This document shows, piece after piece, positions 22,902 to 36,119 of a DNA stretch of 64,000 nt (position 1 is the stretch's first letter; every line of letters begins with the position of its first letter). The stretch spans positions 5,828,001-5,892,000 of the forward strand of contig NW_024704761.1 of assembly GCF_018977255.1 (NCBI RefSeq). The letters run 5' to 3'. This DNA is from Callorhinchus milii. Its lineage: Eukaryota. The position numbers and the translations under genes are program-made. The notes under the pieces were generated by a model, which saw nothing but the letters and a program-made list of their open reading frames with translations, ran no database searches and was not told the DNA's origin.

Positions 22902-25900
22902 CTATATTGTTTCAATATTACTTTGACCATAAGTTAATATACTTTGCAAATAATGGCCATTAAAATCAAATAATTACTGTTTTTAAAACATTCATAACAC
23001 TCAGTTTTGTCATGCGCTGTGCAGAGATGAATATTAATACAATTGAATAAACCTGTATGCAAATCCACCTCTATACTCCATGGCTAGTTTTATATTGGTT
23101 GTTTTCTATTTCTAAAAAAGTATAAGTATATGCGCAACATTCAGAGATGTGCGTGTGCAGTGGTAGCTTTATTATTAAGTAATATTTATTGGGACAATAA
23201 TAATAATTTGCATGTTGGATTTTAATAGAAACAGCAAGGTTTTTTTCCCCCTTAGCTGACGATTCTTGTTCATAAACGGCACCACCCAAAACATGGGAAC
23301 TGTGTTCCCAAGACATTCAGAATCGATATGTTTGACTCAGTGCCCTGTACTAGAACATTTCCCGAAATCCAGTTTGATTTTGCTAATGTGCCCTAACTGC
23401 TAAAATCACGAAATAAATAATTGTTCATTGACCGCCTTAAGTACTTTGTTCGGGCTAACTAGGTCAATGGGTTATAGACGTTTTACTGTTGCTGAGAATT
23501 GTGTAGCCATTGCTGGTTTGGGACATTAGACATTAGGTTCTCCTTCCAATCGACCTTGTTCGGGATCTTAAGAAGTGACAAGGAGCTTTCTCTTTCCGGG
23601 TAATAACCAACGCTGTCTCCCGATGGAGCAAATTAATTTCAGTGCTTCCAACCATTAGAGGGAAGGAAATGTATGTTCGAGATGGAAAACATTCCCAACA
23701 CTTTTCAAAGCCGGCTCCAGTGTACAGCTTGGAAATGCGGCATCCGCCTTTACCCATCGCAGTGCGAATGGACCCAACTTCTATGCTTATCCGTGTGTTT
23801 ACCGTTAGCACGGGCTAACCATCTTTTGTTTGTCAGTTTTACGTTCTTTGAAAGTATGGTGGCCTAATTTTGGATAACACTTTGTCTAATTAGCTGGATA
23901 TTTAAATTCCCACAATGTGTGCTTGGGGCATAAATGAGTAAGAGGAAGATAGTGTATGGAGATGTTTTGTACTATTTATCCAGGGATCAGCACAATATGA
24001 TCTCAAAAAGGGTAAGGACATACAATACATTGATTTCGTTTTTTTCTGCTGATCGTGTCTTCCATCTGTAACAGAAGCCTACGCCCGCCTTCTACATTCT
24101 GTTTTTCTCCAGATCTGATGTCTGAAAGTTAACTCATTTGTAGATGATTACAACAGTCGATTTGCTCTGCTAAGTAACCCATTTGCATAGAGATGAGGTT
24201 TCATTCCATAATCTAAACTAGCCCGAAGGCTGGAGTAATCCCCGGGTAGAGGAGTCTCATAGGGTATAGGTTGTTCTTTAAATAGCCAATGGAGTAAATG
24301 GTAGGACAACAGAGGAAATGTGAGAGGAGGACAAAGACTTGGAAAAAATGTGGACATGATTTCCTATAGATTTAACAGGTAGTTTGATTTCACTTATGTT
24401 TGCGTTTCCTTTCACAACACTTCAATTGCCACAGAACTGCAATATTCGTGAATAGAATTCATGCGCCTTTTAATGATATATTTCTGGTTAACCTGTAAGC
24501 CTACAGAGGCGATTAATTTCTGATTAGGAAGCTGAACACTGTCTTTGGGAAACTGGTGTCAATAATGAAGTACTTCCAGGTCAAGGCAATGGCATCGGTT
24601 GGATACAAAATGAAGCCCCCTCCAAATGTGTCTTATGGTATCCGTATCTCAGACCTTCACTGACGTCTTTGCTGGACTGGCGAGATTTGTGAACCTTCCC
24701 ACGCCAGCCGTTGTTATAAAAGGTTTGTGAATTCTTCAGGTTATGTTGGAGGAAGCGATGTGACATCACTTCCATTCGTAGAGCGATGGCGAATGAATAG
24801 ACTTGAATTATTGGTCGTGGCCCGCAATAATAGTAATCCTTACATTCGCAAGCATTCATATCACTTATGTTTGCATAAGTATTGGTCGCGCCACTCAATG
24901 GGGGAATTGAGCCATTGAGCCTGTGCAGACCCTGACGTTGGTGTGATAATGCAAAATGCATTAAAACTCATGCATAGCTTTGTCACGCTTTCTCACATCG
25001 TTTTGATAATGCCTGACAACAGTGGAGAAGAGGACTGGGATGAGGGAGGAGAGAGAGAGATAGGAGCCCCATCGATGGTAGCAGTGATTATAGTAATACA
25101 TCACCCAATGTGTGTTGATTAGATCTTGAAATCACCTCCTGCTTGTTTTCGTTAGAAACTGGGTTAAGACCGCCTGAATTTGTTGTACAAAAGAGCCTTA
25201 CAACGAGAATAGGACAGATATTATGTACAATATAGAGATTGTTGGAATCTGGATTCTAATCCAAGTGTCAGAGGTGAAAGCAAACTGACTTTAATCCGCT
25301 GGCAAACTCAATCCTCTTACATTGTCTTTTTAAAAAAAACTCTCTGGATCAAATTTCAAAACAAACACATTCAGTTTATACATTTACAATCAGACAGTTC
25401 ATTTTTCCAAGTCCCAAATCCACCTGCGCTGTTAATAGATTGCAATAGCTGAGGTGTTTACCAGAAGAATTGTACTTCAATCCTGTAAAATATGAACTCA
25501 ACAAGAGAAGCAGCATCTTGGTAAATTAGCCCAATAATGTCACATGGATGGAGTCAGCAAGGGTTTGCAATGAGTTCAGACCATCAGAGATCACTTGGAA
25601 AACAACACATTAACGGGGCAACATAATGTCCAGGCCATTCATTCAGGAACATTCTCCAGTGTGTTTGGTTTGGTGTAAATTTCCGTTCAGGCCTCTTAAA
25701 GATTCTGTGGGATTGTTTTCATCGCTTGCAGGGCGGCTGGTACTGTGCTTTTGAATACTTTACAATCATTTTGGAGTTCTTTCCAAACATGTAAATTTCT
25801 CTCTTGAGTCGAACATAAAAACGTAAACGCACGCATTCATCCATCCATTTCCAACCTCCATGTGTGTTGATTGTATTCTGATCACGGTTTAATGGAATCC

Positions 25901-27777
25901 GGGTAAGATTGATATGCTGTAATGTACATCACCACTGCAGCAAAATAGGAGAAATGTTCTAATTTTATAGCTTTTTAGGTCAAATTATCTGATATTGGTC
26001 CAAAAAATAGTATTTTCTTTGGAGAACAAACCGTAGGCAGGTTAATTGGCACATAGAGTATACTGGCATGTATCTGTACAAATGTATTTGCTTGATATAG
26101 TTGCAGCCAGAATGGAAAAAATTAAACTCTGTTTGAATTTAGAAGCGTGATGCAACTTCGAATGAGCGCGCATTCTGAATCCATATGTACGTGTGAAAAA
26201 TAAAATCAAAAGTCGCTTTGTTTTTTTTTAAGTGCACAAGTGAAACCAAAAGTTTCCGATTGTCATTGGCGTAGTCATACTTCAAGGCGTGTATTTTCTG
26301 GTGCAAAATAAAACGACCATTTAAGAATGACATGAGGAACAGGAAATGAATCAAAGATCTGAAAATTCTAAGAATTCTTAAACAGAATAACTTTTTTGTA
26401 TTGCTTTACGTATTTCGCAGGAGACCTTAAATTTGGTTAACATCGAGCAACATCAAAAGGAAAGTTATGAACGTTTTGACTAAGATAAACTTCTACTCAG
26501 GGCGCTATATAAATGCAAGTTGTTGTTGTATGCATCATCTGGTAACATAGCTGAATGGTTCAAAATGGAATATGAGAGGTCTCTACAGTTTCAGTGTGAA
26601 TATATATTATGTCTATATATATATTGTATATATACTTGAAAAACCTGAAAACTGATCATAAGCACACTCACATGTATATATAATGTGCGTCCCGTGCATG
26701 TATCGATTGTTTTTGTGATGTGACAAATTAATCTACATCAAACTTTCACTGGCACATTGGATGGGCTTGGTTTCTCGTACTGCTGCTGAAATTCTTGTCT
26801 GGAGCGATGCATGTTGCTGTGTTGAAAAATATAAGGAAGGAGGCTTGCATCAGAAATGCAACCAAATGTTCAATGTAGGTCACCAGAGTGCAAGTACGTG
26901 GGCAATGTAACCTAGCAGCAATGGAAAACCATTTAACCAGCAGCGTGCTTGATTCAAAACACGGTTCAACGGTGTAACCGGTTTAAATGCTAAATGTATG
27001 CTTTAAAAAGGCGTTTATTTTGGAAGTGTGGAGTTGTTTAAGAAGGACAATAGGTAGTGTTCAAGCTTATTCAGTGAAAGCATTTACATTCGAGCTCTTT
27101 CCTGTAGTAACTCTTCTATCACAGACAGTCTCTAACACAATGACACTGAGAAACAATAATCCTCGGGCAATTTTGATGACGTTCATATTTCAATGTATAC
27201 AGCATTTGACCACCATGGAAACTGCGGCCAACTCCTTTCTTGATGCAAACTCCGGGTAAGAAGTCTTTTGCAAAGCCCTTTCTGTCATTCAGAAGTCTAA
27301 AACATAAGACGCGTTATTTGCCCAAATGACCTGATTTCTCATATATAACTAATTAGGTTCACCCTACATTCCATTATGCACGTTTGAACTTTACCACAGT
27401 AACACTCTGAGTTACAGCTAAGTTCATTTATATATACATAAGCAGGGTGAGGCAGATACTAAAATATCATCAATTGATCAGTTTCCCATTATTCTCATTT
27501 ACTTTGAGCATTGCTGAAACCCCACACTGGAAAGAGGAAAAGGGCCACTTTACACATCCAACTGAGTCCTTTGTAATCCAAACCTCTCGCTCAGATGTAG
27601 GATCTAGTCTGGCACAATGTATGGTTTGAACTGGACAGTCATTCATGTTATTTGAAGGTCTGGTTATACATAATGCGTTAATTCTCTCACACCTGCTGCT
27701 TAACCCACATAATTAGAATGTATTTCAGCACAAACTTGTCTTCGATTGACCAGGTTATCAATGATTTTTGTATTAAG

Positions 27778-28130
27778 TAATAATAATAATAATAATCCTT
27801 GCATTTGATATAGCTCTTTTCACGTCGGGAGGACGTCCCAAAGCGCTTCACAGAATACACTGTGAAGTGAATTGACTATATTTGTGGGCGAACGCGGCAG
27901 CCAATTGCGCACAGCAATGTCCCACAAACAGTCGTAGATTGAAAATGACCAATTTTCTTATTGTTTTTTTGTTTTTTTTGGAGGGATTATTATTAGGCTG
28001 TGTGTGGAGTAAGGAAACTTGCCCAAGGTTTGGCCCTCTGCCTGGAATTGAACTCAGGTCTCTCACTTGCAAAGCGAGCGCTCTAACCACTGAGCTACAG
28101 GACTCCACCCACTGAGCTACAGGACTCCAC
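27778..28130 (-). mobile_element. Young full-length tRNA-Ala-derived SINE with duplicated 5' end
   Basis: Highly similar to 49988-50300; 22-bp head duplication 28087-28130. Confidence 0.95.
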
Positions 28131-28294
28131 AATACTATACTATACTGATCGCAGTTTAGATGTGTTCAAGTCATCTTTAAGCTCCAAGGACAGTTACCGT
28201 TGGCAGCTGTTACAGCTAAAACGTTGCATCTTGACTGCAGTTAAACGCGACATTGCCCAATCTTGTGGTTGGAGCACCGCAAGATTAACAGCTA

Positions 28295-28370
28295 TTGTGA
28301 AGTATTTTGAGACGTCTCGACAACTTGATAAGGCGCTATATCAAATGCAAGGATTTTTTATGATTATTAT
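28295..28370 (+). mobile_element. SINE 3' tail fragment
   Basis: GAGACGTCTCGACAACTTGATAAGGCGCTATATCAAATGCAAGG. Confidence 0.75.
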
Positions 28371-29516
28371 TTTGACTAGCCATTTCTTTTTGAAAACCGC
28401 AATCCTGCCGTAATTCTGATTCTTTACGCATTCCTGGGATTGGCTGTGATTGAATGGAAACACTTCAAGACACAAGGACATCATTTGGCTGAGTACAGAT
28501 GGAGTAACAGCAAAATATGAATGTGACAGAAAATGAACTCATTTGGTGTTACAAACCAAAAAGAATCTATGTTTGGTGCATATTGTGCATGTTCTTAAAT
28601 AGTTAAAAGTTTTGTGGAAAAAAAAAGAAACTGCGTTTAAAAAAAAACCCACACAAAACCATTGCAATTGATTCAAGGTGCCCAAACCGGCTGGAATCTA
28701 GTTCAACCCATCGGATGTTAGGTTAATGCGCACATTTCGAAGTTGATATCGCAAAATAAGTGCAATTATCCGTTCCTTCAAACTTCTTAACCCAACAATA
28801 TTTGACGGAAAAAAACGAAAGTTAGGCACCTTGACACGAACTGAACCCAAAATGTACCTCAAAATTGGTCGCTATTGGAATCGATGAACAATAATTGAAG
28901 TCGGTGATTTATTCCCCTATTCAGGGTATTGCATTCCAGCTGAGAACCCAGGATGCATAATTTAATTGTGAAACACACAAGTGCTTAGAGCTAACGATAG
29001 ACCCTTAAGCATCAACTTAGTGAAATGAAAATAATTACACTACAAATCAAACGTGGAATATGTTTTTATTAGTTGATGTGGTTTCCACGTACCACATGGA
29101 AAATTGTTGATAACAACGTTAAATGGAGCTGAGATTGATTTCTCTAACAGCGAGGCTCTTGAATTGTGGAATCTTGTTTGTTAGGACAAGAGATGGTGAC
29201 TGATGATAACTGCTGTGCACCGGGTCAAACCATTAAGTCACAGAGAGAGAACAGCAAAGATATGGGTACAGCTATTGGTAATAATCAGAAACCTTATGTT
29301 TTAGAAAGACCAAAGGTTGACACACCAGAAATTTGATGCAACAAAATAGAGAGACAGGAGAAAACTTATGAAAATATCCGAGAAAAGGGAACAAAAGAAT
29401 CTTCTGACCAGCATTGCAAAAACAGGAAGTTAATCAAAGGAATGCATTCTGTTCTGTTCACCTGAACTCAGGCAGTTGCCTTTCAAAAATAAACACCTGC
29501 TTTTGTTTGGACTGAT

Positions 29517-29610
29517 TATAGTCAATTCACTTTACAGTATATTCTGTGAAGCACTTTGAGAGATCTCAAAGACATGATAAGCCACTATATCAAATGCAAA
29601 CTTTTACTAT
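29517..29610 (+). mobile_element. SINE 3' tail fragment
   Basis: AGTCAATTCACTTTACAGTATATTCTGTGAAGCACTTTGAG..CTATATCAAATGCAA. Confidence 0.8.
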
Positions 29611-29721
29611 ATTGTTATAATGAGATCAGACATTTTCGTTCAGTAATTGAAAAAAAAGATCAGTTGATTTGCATGGGGTGGGTCCCCCGAAAGTGCAGCT
29701 TTGGGGACTGAAGTGGACAAA

Positions 29722-30038
29722 GTAATAATAATAATCCTTGCATTTGATATAGCGCTTTTCACATCTTCTAGACGTCCCAAAGCGCTTCACAGAATATACT
29801 GTAAAGTGAATTGACTGTATATTTGTGGGCGAACGCGGCAGCCAATTGCGCACAGCAATGTCCCACAAACAGTTGTGGATCGAAAATGACCAATTTATTA
29901 TTGTTTTGTTTTTTGGAGGGATTATTATTAAACGTGTGGAGTAAGGAAACTTGCCCAAGGTTTCGCCCTGACTGGAATTGAACTCGGGTCTCTCACTTGC
30001 AAAGCGAGTGCTCTAACCACTGAGCTACAGGACTCCAC
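29722..30038 (-). mobile_element. Young full-length tRNA-Ala-derived SINE
   Basis: Colinear with 49988-50300. Confidence 0.95.
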
Positions 30039-30337
30039 AAGTATTTTAGGCCTAGTGGGCAAGTTATATAAGTAACTTGGTAACATCGACATATTAGCTT
30101 GATCATTGGGATTGATAAAGTACTACTGATGGAGCCATCCACCTTCTGAGTAACCCGCAATTAACCTGGTAAGCATTCAAACTTTTTTTGGAGAACTGTG
30201 CTGATAATTGTAGAATGCTTGCACTGAGAAGAATATAGCATTAAAATTGTATTATGCTCTTTCTAGGGCAGACACAGCTACAGTATATTAAATATGAGCT
30301 ATAGAATTGTAAAATGTGTTGTCTGTGCCAGTACTAT

Positions 30338-30445
30338 AATATACAATCAATTCACTTTATAGTCTATTCTGTAAAGCGCTTTGAGACGTCTAGAAGATGT
30401 GAAAAGCGCTATATCAAATGCAAGATTATTACTATTATTATTACT
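30338..30445 (+). mobile_element. SINE 3' tail fragment
   Basis: Family tail with (ATT)n. Confidence 0.85.
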
Positions 30446-31076
30446 AACCCCACCACCTCTAGTTATGGTTTCCAATTCCTATCTCTAAACCCTTTAAGGT
30501 TATTTATCTGTATGTATTTCTCCAGTTCCCTTTTAAATATTGTTATGGATTTGGCTTATACAATCATATTCTAACAACTTCATAAAAAGTAAAATAAGCT
30601 TCTAATTGTCTCCCCCTTTTTATCTTAGCAAAGTCTTCAAGTTATGCCCTTTTATTACCAACTTGCCTATCAGTGGACAAAGTTTTCCTCCTTTATATAT
30701 TCTATGAAAATAATATTATGTGAATATGTCCAAGTATATACCAAAGAAAAAGTTTGCTGTTTGCTCTAACCTCAGAAGATCCACTTTAGCTCAGTCTTCT
30801 ATCTCATCGACTGATGGTTGTGGAGTGAAACTGATCAAAATTACCATGAAATTACCAGGATTCTTGCTAGCATTTCTGAACTGATCTTGCAAGAAAGCTG
30901 TATAACTTAATACATTGGTAGTGTAACATTTGGACATGCTCAAACAAGACAGACAGATGTTTTATTTGAGTCATGGGCTCATCTACAAGACAGTAATGAT
31001 CCTTATCAGTTTGTCTCTCGTTAAATAGCTCTCTATTGCTATTCAATCTCTTTGGGATGTGTCAGTATTTTTATAG

Positions 31077-31182
31077 TAATATAATAATCCTTGGATTTGA
31101 TGTAACGGCTTATCATGACGTTTTAACGTCTCAAGCACAGATTATATTGTAAAGTGGATTGACTGTGTATTTTGTGGGCAGA
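31077..31182 (-). mobile_element. SINE 3' tail fragment
   Basis: Family tail on reverse strand. Confidence 0.75.
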
Positions 31183-31669
31183 ACGCTGTATATGTGGGAC
31201 ATCACCAACCTTTATCTTAAGTGAAGACATGAAGTCATCACTTCTAGGCACTTTTGAATGTTAGATAATTGAGCTATAAACAAAGGATGGGTCAGGCATC
31301 TCTATTGCCACTCAAAATATAGTGCAGTGCTGATTGATGGATGTTGTGGAACATTTGATATCTCTGTTGTATCTTTCGTTCCTTCCTCACCAAAGCAGGC
31401 TGTGCTAGGTTTCATCTAGCCGTCTGATGGAGAATCAATGAAACCTGTAAAGGATTTAACTTTCACTTTGAAGATGGGATTTAAACTATAGTACAAAGTA
31501 ACTGGAGAGGAAAGAAAGACAACTTACCCTTTAAAAACTACCAGCCTCTCATGTACTGCAAATTAGGTTCTTTCCACAAGGCTTTTCTTGCAGCATAATC
31601 ATTAGTGAATTAAATCCTCTGCAATGCACAGAAGTCAGCCACTACAATGAAATGGAAGTGAAGCAGGTT

Positions 31670-31860
31670 CGCCCTATGCCCCAGAGGGTAATTAACAATT
31701 GGAATGGATTACCAGAAAGGGTGGTTGATGGCAAAATGCTGAACTCATTTAAGAAATGGCTTGATGCTGAAATAGATGGGTGGTACAGCGGGTAATTTGG
31801 AAGTATTAGATCAAATGGGCTAAAAGGGCTTTCTTCATCCAAACCTCTCTTGTGACACAA
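31670..31860 (+). mobile_element. CR1-type LINE 3' end relic
   Basis: QRVINNWNGLPERVVDGKMLNSFKKWLD-like ORF2 C-terminus then AAATGGGCTAAAAGGGCTTTCTTC 3' UTR motif. Confidence 0.75.
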
Positions 31861-33754
31861 ATTTCTACACTAGTCACCAATTGCCATGTAGTTGACCTAC
31901 ACTGAGAAACTAGCAGGCTGTCTGGTTTATAGAAACATGTCTCTTGAACTCTGTGGAGGAACCCTTCAATTGAGGATTAGTACAAAAAAAGGTCATTAAA
32001 AGCCATGATGTGGAATACATTAACGGAGGAGGGAGTGGAAGCTCTTTATATTGAAAGAATGTCTATATATGTAACTAGCTTTTCCCTCATACAGGAGTCT
32101 AATAAGATCCAGTAAATGCTGAATCTTCAGCATACAAACTATTAGAAGAAACATTAAACCCAGATTAGGAACAGGATCCAATCAGAAATGATTTGGAGTG
32201 TTGGAAGTTTACCCATAGATTCCTCTGCAGTAAAATAAAGAAGAGGACAGATGTCTAGGTTATTTCTATGCACCCGGTACAACAAAAGTGAAAGGAATTG
32301 TGATTGGGATATGCTGTTCAAATGGAGGAGTCAAACCTATATGCTTCATGAGCCAAATGGCCTAGTTACGTGCTGTAATGTCTTGTTTTATTCTGATGCG
32401 AGTGTGCAGTCAGTACCACACAAGCAGGTGTTTGTAATGCAGCATAACTCTGCAGTATCTTGTTAAATTCAATACACCAATTTACTGTGCTCTCACTCCT
32501 GCGCAAATGTACACATTGCATGTATTTTCCTCATTCAAAATCACTGAATGTCCGGCACCTTTCACCATTTCCTCCATCTCCTTGTGCAACTCCAATCTTT
32601 CCCTTCACATTCGGACACCTGATGCACCTTTCTTCCTGGAAAGCTGAATATAGATGTCAATATTCACCCTTTATTTCACATTTAATTGAGATTTGGGTGT
32701 GGCTTGTTGAAATGCTGCTTCTTTTAAATGCACACTACTCTTGATATCAGAACCAAGTGCACATGATCTGAAGTGTGTGTTTTGAAGATTAATCAAGAGG
32801 TTACACTAATAATATAAATAATCAATGTGAAAAATAGATTTACACATAATTGCATTGATCTGGAGATTGCACTAAAATTTGGACCCAGCCTTTCATATGT
32901 TTATATGTTCAGATTATGTTTTGAGATGGTAACTTGTATAAGGTTTCAACGTTCAGCACTTGAAAATTAAATTTGTAAACTTGGTAGAGTAGCAAAATAA
33001 ATACATGCATGTTTTTCATTTACAAATCTATCTATTATTGAGACACCCACTCAACAATGAAAGGTGCTATATCAATATAAAATTGGTATTGTTGCACTTA
33101 TATTGGTTGGGAGAGTATAACACCACACACTATATTGATCATTTGACAGTACTGAAGTATCAGGGTGTGCAATCTTATAGAAGTTTCAAGAAATATCAAC
33201 CAAACTCATAGGTTTATTGAAGTACATTTTCACAGGGTTACAGTTAATTATTGGAAAGGTTTGCTTAAATCCTGCATTCACATTTATTATTTTAATCATC
33301 TTCCCAAGGCTGGATGGTCTGGTAGTTATAAAACGCAAAGCACTGGACTTTCACAAGACACCGGATTGAAAAATTTGTGAGCTGAATTGATATTTCGGCT
33401 CTGGCTTCCTCAAACACACAGGGCGAAGAAGGAAGAGAAGCCCAGCTCTATCCGTGTGTGGCAGATCCCTCTTCTCAAGTGTATGTTCTGAAGGTTAATC
33501 AACAGGTTAACACTGATGATATAAATAATCAATGTGAAAAATAGATTGGCAATACAATACTTTACAATTGATCTGAACTTAAGACAAGATATAAAAACTA
33601 AAATCACCCGATGGAAGTCACTGAGCCTTGTAAACTTGAGAGATTCTCAATGTCTTCCTGTATGTCAAAGGTTCAGGATGCTGGTTTAACCCAGGATGTC
33701 AGTCAAACAGATGCAATAGTTCTAACAGAACACGCTAGTTAGTTGCAAACAATG

Positions 33755-33760
33755 TTTATT
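33755..33760 (-). terminator. CBX2: Candidate distal CBX2 polyadenylation signal
   Basis: AATAAA on minus strand, preceded in the transcript by TGTA/U-rich sequence and a TGTTTACA (miR-30 8mer) at 33777-33784. Confidence 0.4.
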
Positions 33761-35174
33761 TTGGATACTCTCTTCGTGTAAACAAGAAATGCTACAAAAT
33801 GTCTAAATAAAGTACTATGTTTACCATCTAAAGAACTAAGAATAGAAACATAATTTGGAGTTGAGTTATAATGATACTTCAAAAAATAAAATCTTCAAGC
33901 TGATATGTTTTGTGGGGTGGGGAAACAACACAGGAGGTGAAAGTTTTCCACTTGTAAAAAGGCCTTTAAATATTGAAGCTAAATTTCAAGTCAATTAACA
34001 TCTTGAAACACTGCCTTATTTATGTTTAACTTTGCTTTGGGGTTACAGCAGTCAAGATTATGTATATTCACTTTTTTGAAAGTTCTGTATTCTGTCTTTA
34101 ATGGAAAACGTGCAGGAGGCAGTGTTGATTGTGGTTGACTATGAATGCACAAGAAGAATCTCTAATGTCACTTGAAAACCTAAACATCCAAGAATTCACT
34201 AAAGTGATGTTTTGGCACCTAAGGGATTAAAAAGCTGGGACTTTGGTACAGCAAGTATTTCATTTTTAAATCTGGACGGAGGTCTCTACGTGAATCCCTC
34301 TGTGTGAGGGACACAAAGATTTGAGAACTAGAAAAGACTGAATTTGCCAGGTAGACAGAAACGTTGTTTGCCAATCGACTCAAGAGTCTTAAAACTAAAT
34401 CAGGCGTTAACCAAACTAAAGGGAAATACCTCATGGTGGACTTCTCCATTGTGTACGATACGTTTCCAATATCTGCTGAGTGAGTGGAATATTGCTATTT
34501 GATTGTACATGTCACTTCAGTCTGTAAAGCCCTGATGAGTGCTGTAATATCGAGCATTGTCAAAGAGAATTTGGAAGTGAGGTGGGAGAGGATATGAAGC
34601 CCAGTGACCAGATTATTTCATGTCAGGTACTTGCCAGCCATCAGGTACACAACTGTGCGAGGGCAGTGTGTGGAAAGTACAGACAGAAAATTCTGCTTAC
34701 AGACCTCCCTGTAGGATGGGTGGGGTGGAACCTTTAACAAATTGCTTGTTGGATTAACAATACCTTACATTGCAAAGACTTCAAACAATGAGCCTTCTGC
34801 AGTTAGGTACCAGAAGCAGTTGTGTGCTAGCCTGCCTCTCTCTCGCTGGTTCAATTCCTCTATACCCATTTCTGCTTCGTGTCCTCGAAATCAAGTGTTG
34901 ACTATTTTTTTTTGTTTGTTTTTTTTTTAGAAAAAAAAGTGGCCTGATGGGTGGAGGATCCTGAGTGATAACTGTACCTCCTGTTGGCCAAACAAGCAGC
35001 AGCATTGGTGACTGTTGTGAAGTTGCAACCATAGTTCCTGCCCTCTCAGTGGTAGGTGTGTGTGATGACATATCACTCCTGTGAGGAAACAGAAGGTAGG
35101 AAACGTTGAAGATTTTAAAGGAAAAAAAAGTAAATAAATTTAAAAATGACGCCAATGTATGTTGAATTGACATT

Positions 35175-35180
35175 TTTATT
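35175..35180 (-). terminator. CBX2: Candidate CBX2 polyadenylation signal
   Basis: AATAAA on minus strand with upstream TTTTTGTA and downstream T-rich element; ~2.6 kb UTR. Confidence 0.5.
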
Positions 35181-36119
35181 GACCTACTTTTGAGTACAAA
35201 AACAATTTCACAGTAGCACTGTTACATTTTTTTTTAGTTTAACAATAATTAAGTTAACGCTGAACCTACAGTCACATGAGTGAGAGTTAGTCTAAGTATT
35301 ACGTTTAATAGGTGTCCAAGACCCAATAAAAAAAATTAAAAAAACAAAAATATTCATTACTTTTTTTTACACAATCTGAACAAATAGCTATCGCGAGCAG
35401 TGCTGGAAAGAATCTCTTCCCGCTCAGTAAAATGCTATTCAAATTTTACTTCAAATGTCACCATTGTTTTCGTTACTGCCAAGTTTGCTAGTAAAGGTTT
35501 CTTTTTTTTTGGATATTATTAAGCCTTTTTTTTTAAAATAAAACGCTCCTACATTTTTAATAGGAAGAAAGAAAAATAATGATCCCACGCACATACAACC
35601 CATGATGCGCGCTCAAGCCCAGGTGGCCAATTCATCAGCCTCGTAGCTGTTACGTCTCAGCTCATTAAAGTCTTGCCAAACTGTGCACCTGCGTCTTGCT
35701 TGATATGTATAGGGTAGTGCAGGTTTGGCAACTGCTTTGAAAAAGAACAGGCAGAGAAGAACTTCTCAGGATTGGGTTGCGACCCGTTAACTATTCTTCT
35801 CTCTCAACGTTTATTTCTGGGCTTTCTTGGCTGTTCATATGTATAGGTTCTTTCAGGCCTGTCTCAACATCATGCAATGTGGGATTTATGATACCGTAAC
35901 AGCAGGGATATTTACAAAGTGGACGGATTTGAGTATTTGTGAAGCTAGGAGATTGCACGACAAGTTCAAAGGAGAAACATTTTATGTCTCAAGTGCTCAG
36001 CCGTGAAGACTGGGAATCAAAACGTATGCACAATGGTCGTCTCCTCATTCCTTCCCATTCCCGAGCAGTGAAATGCTCCACTATTTAACTCCCCACCAAG
36101 CAACTAACCACATTTGATT

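Noticed and set aside
25880-26480. DNA-transposon-like unique sequence
   Set aside because: Impression only; no termini or ORF identifiable
28672-28835. Possible 13-bp terminal inverted repeats (TCAAGGTGCCCAA / TTAGGCACCTTGA)
   Set aside because: One short imperfect pair without target-site duplication; insufficient to call a MITE
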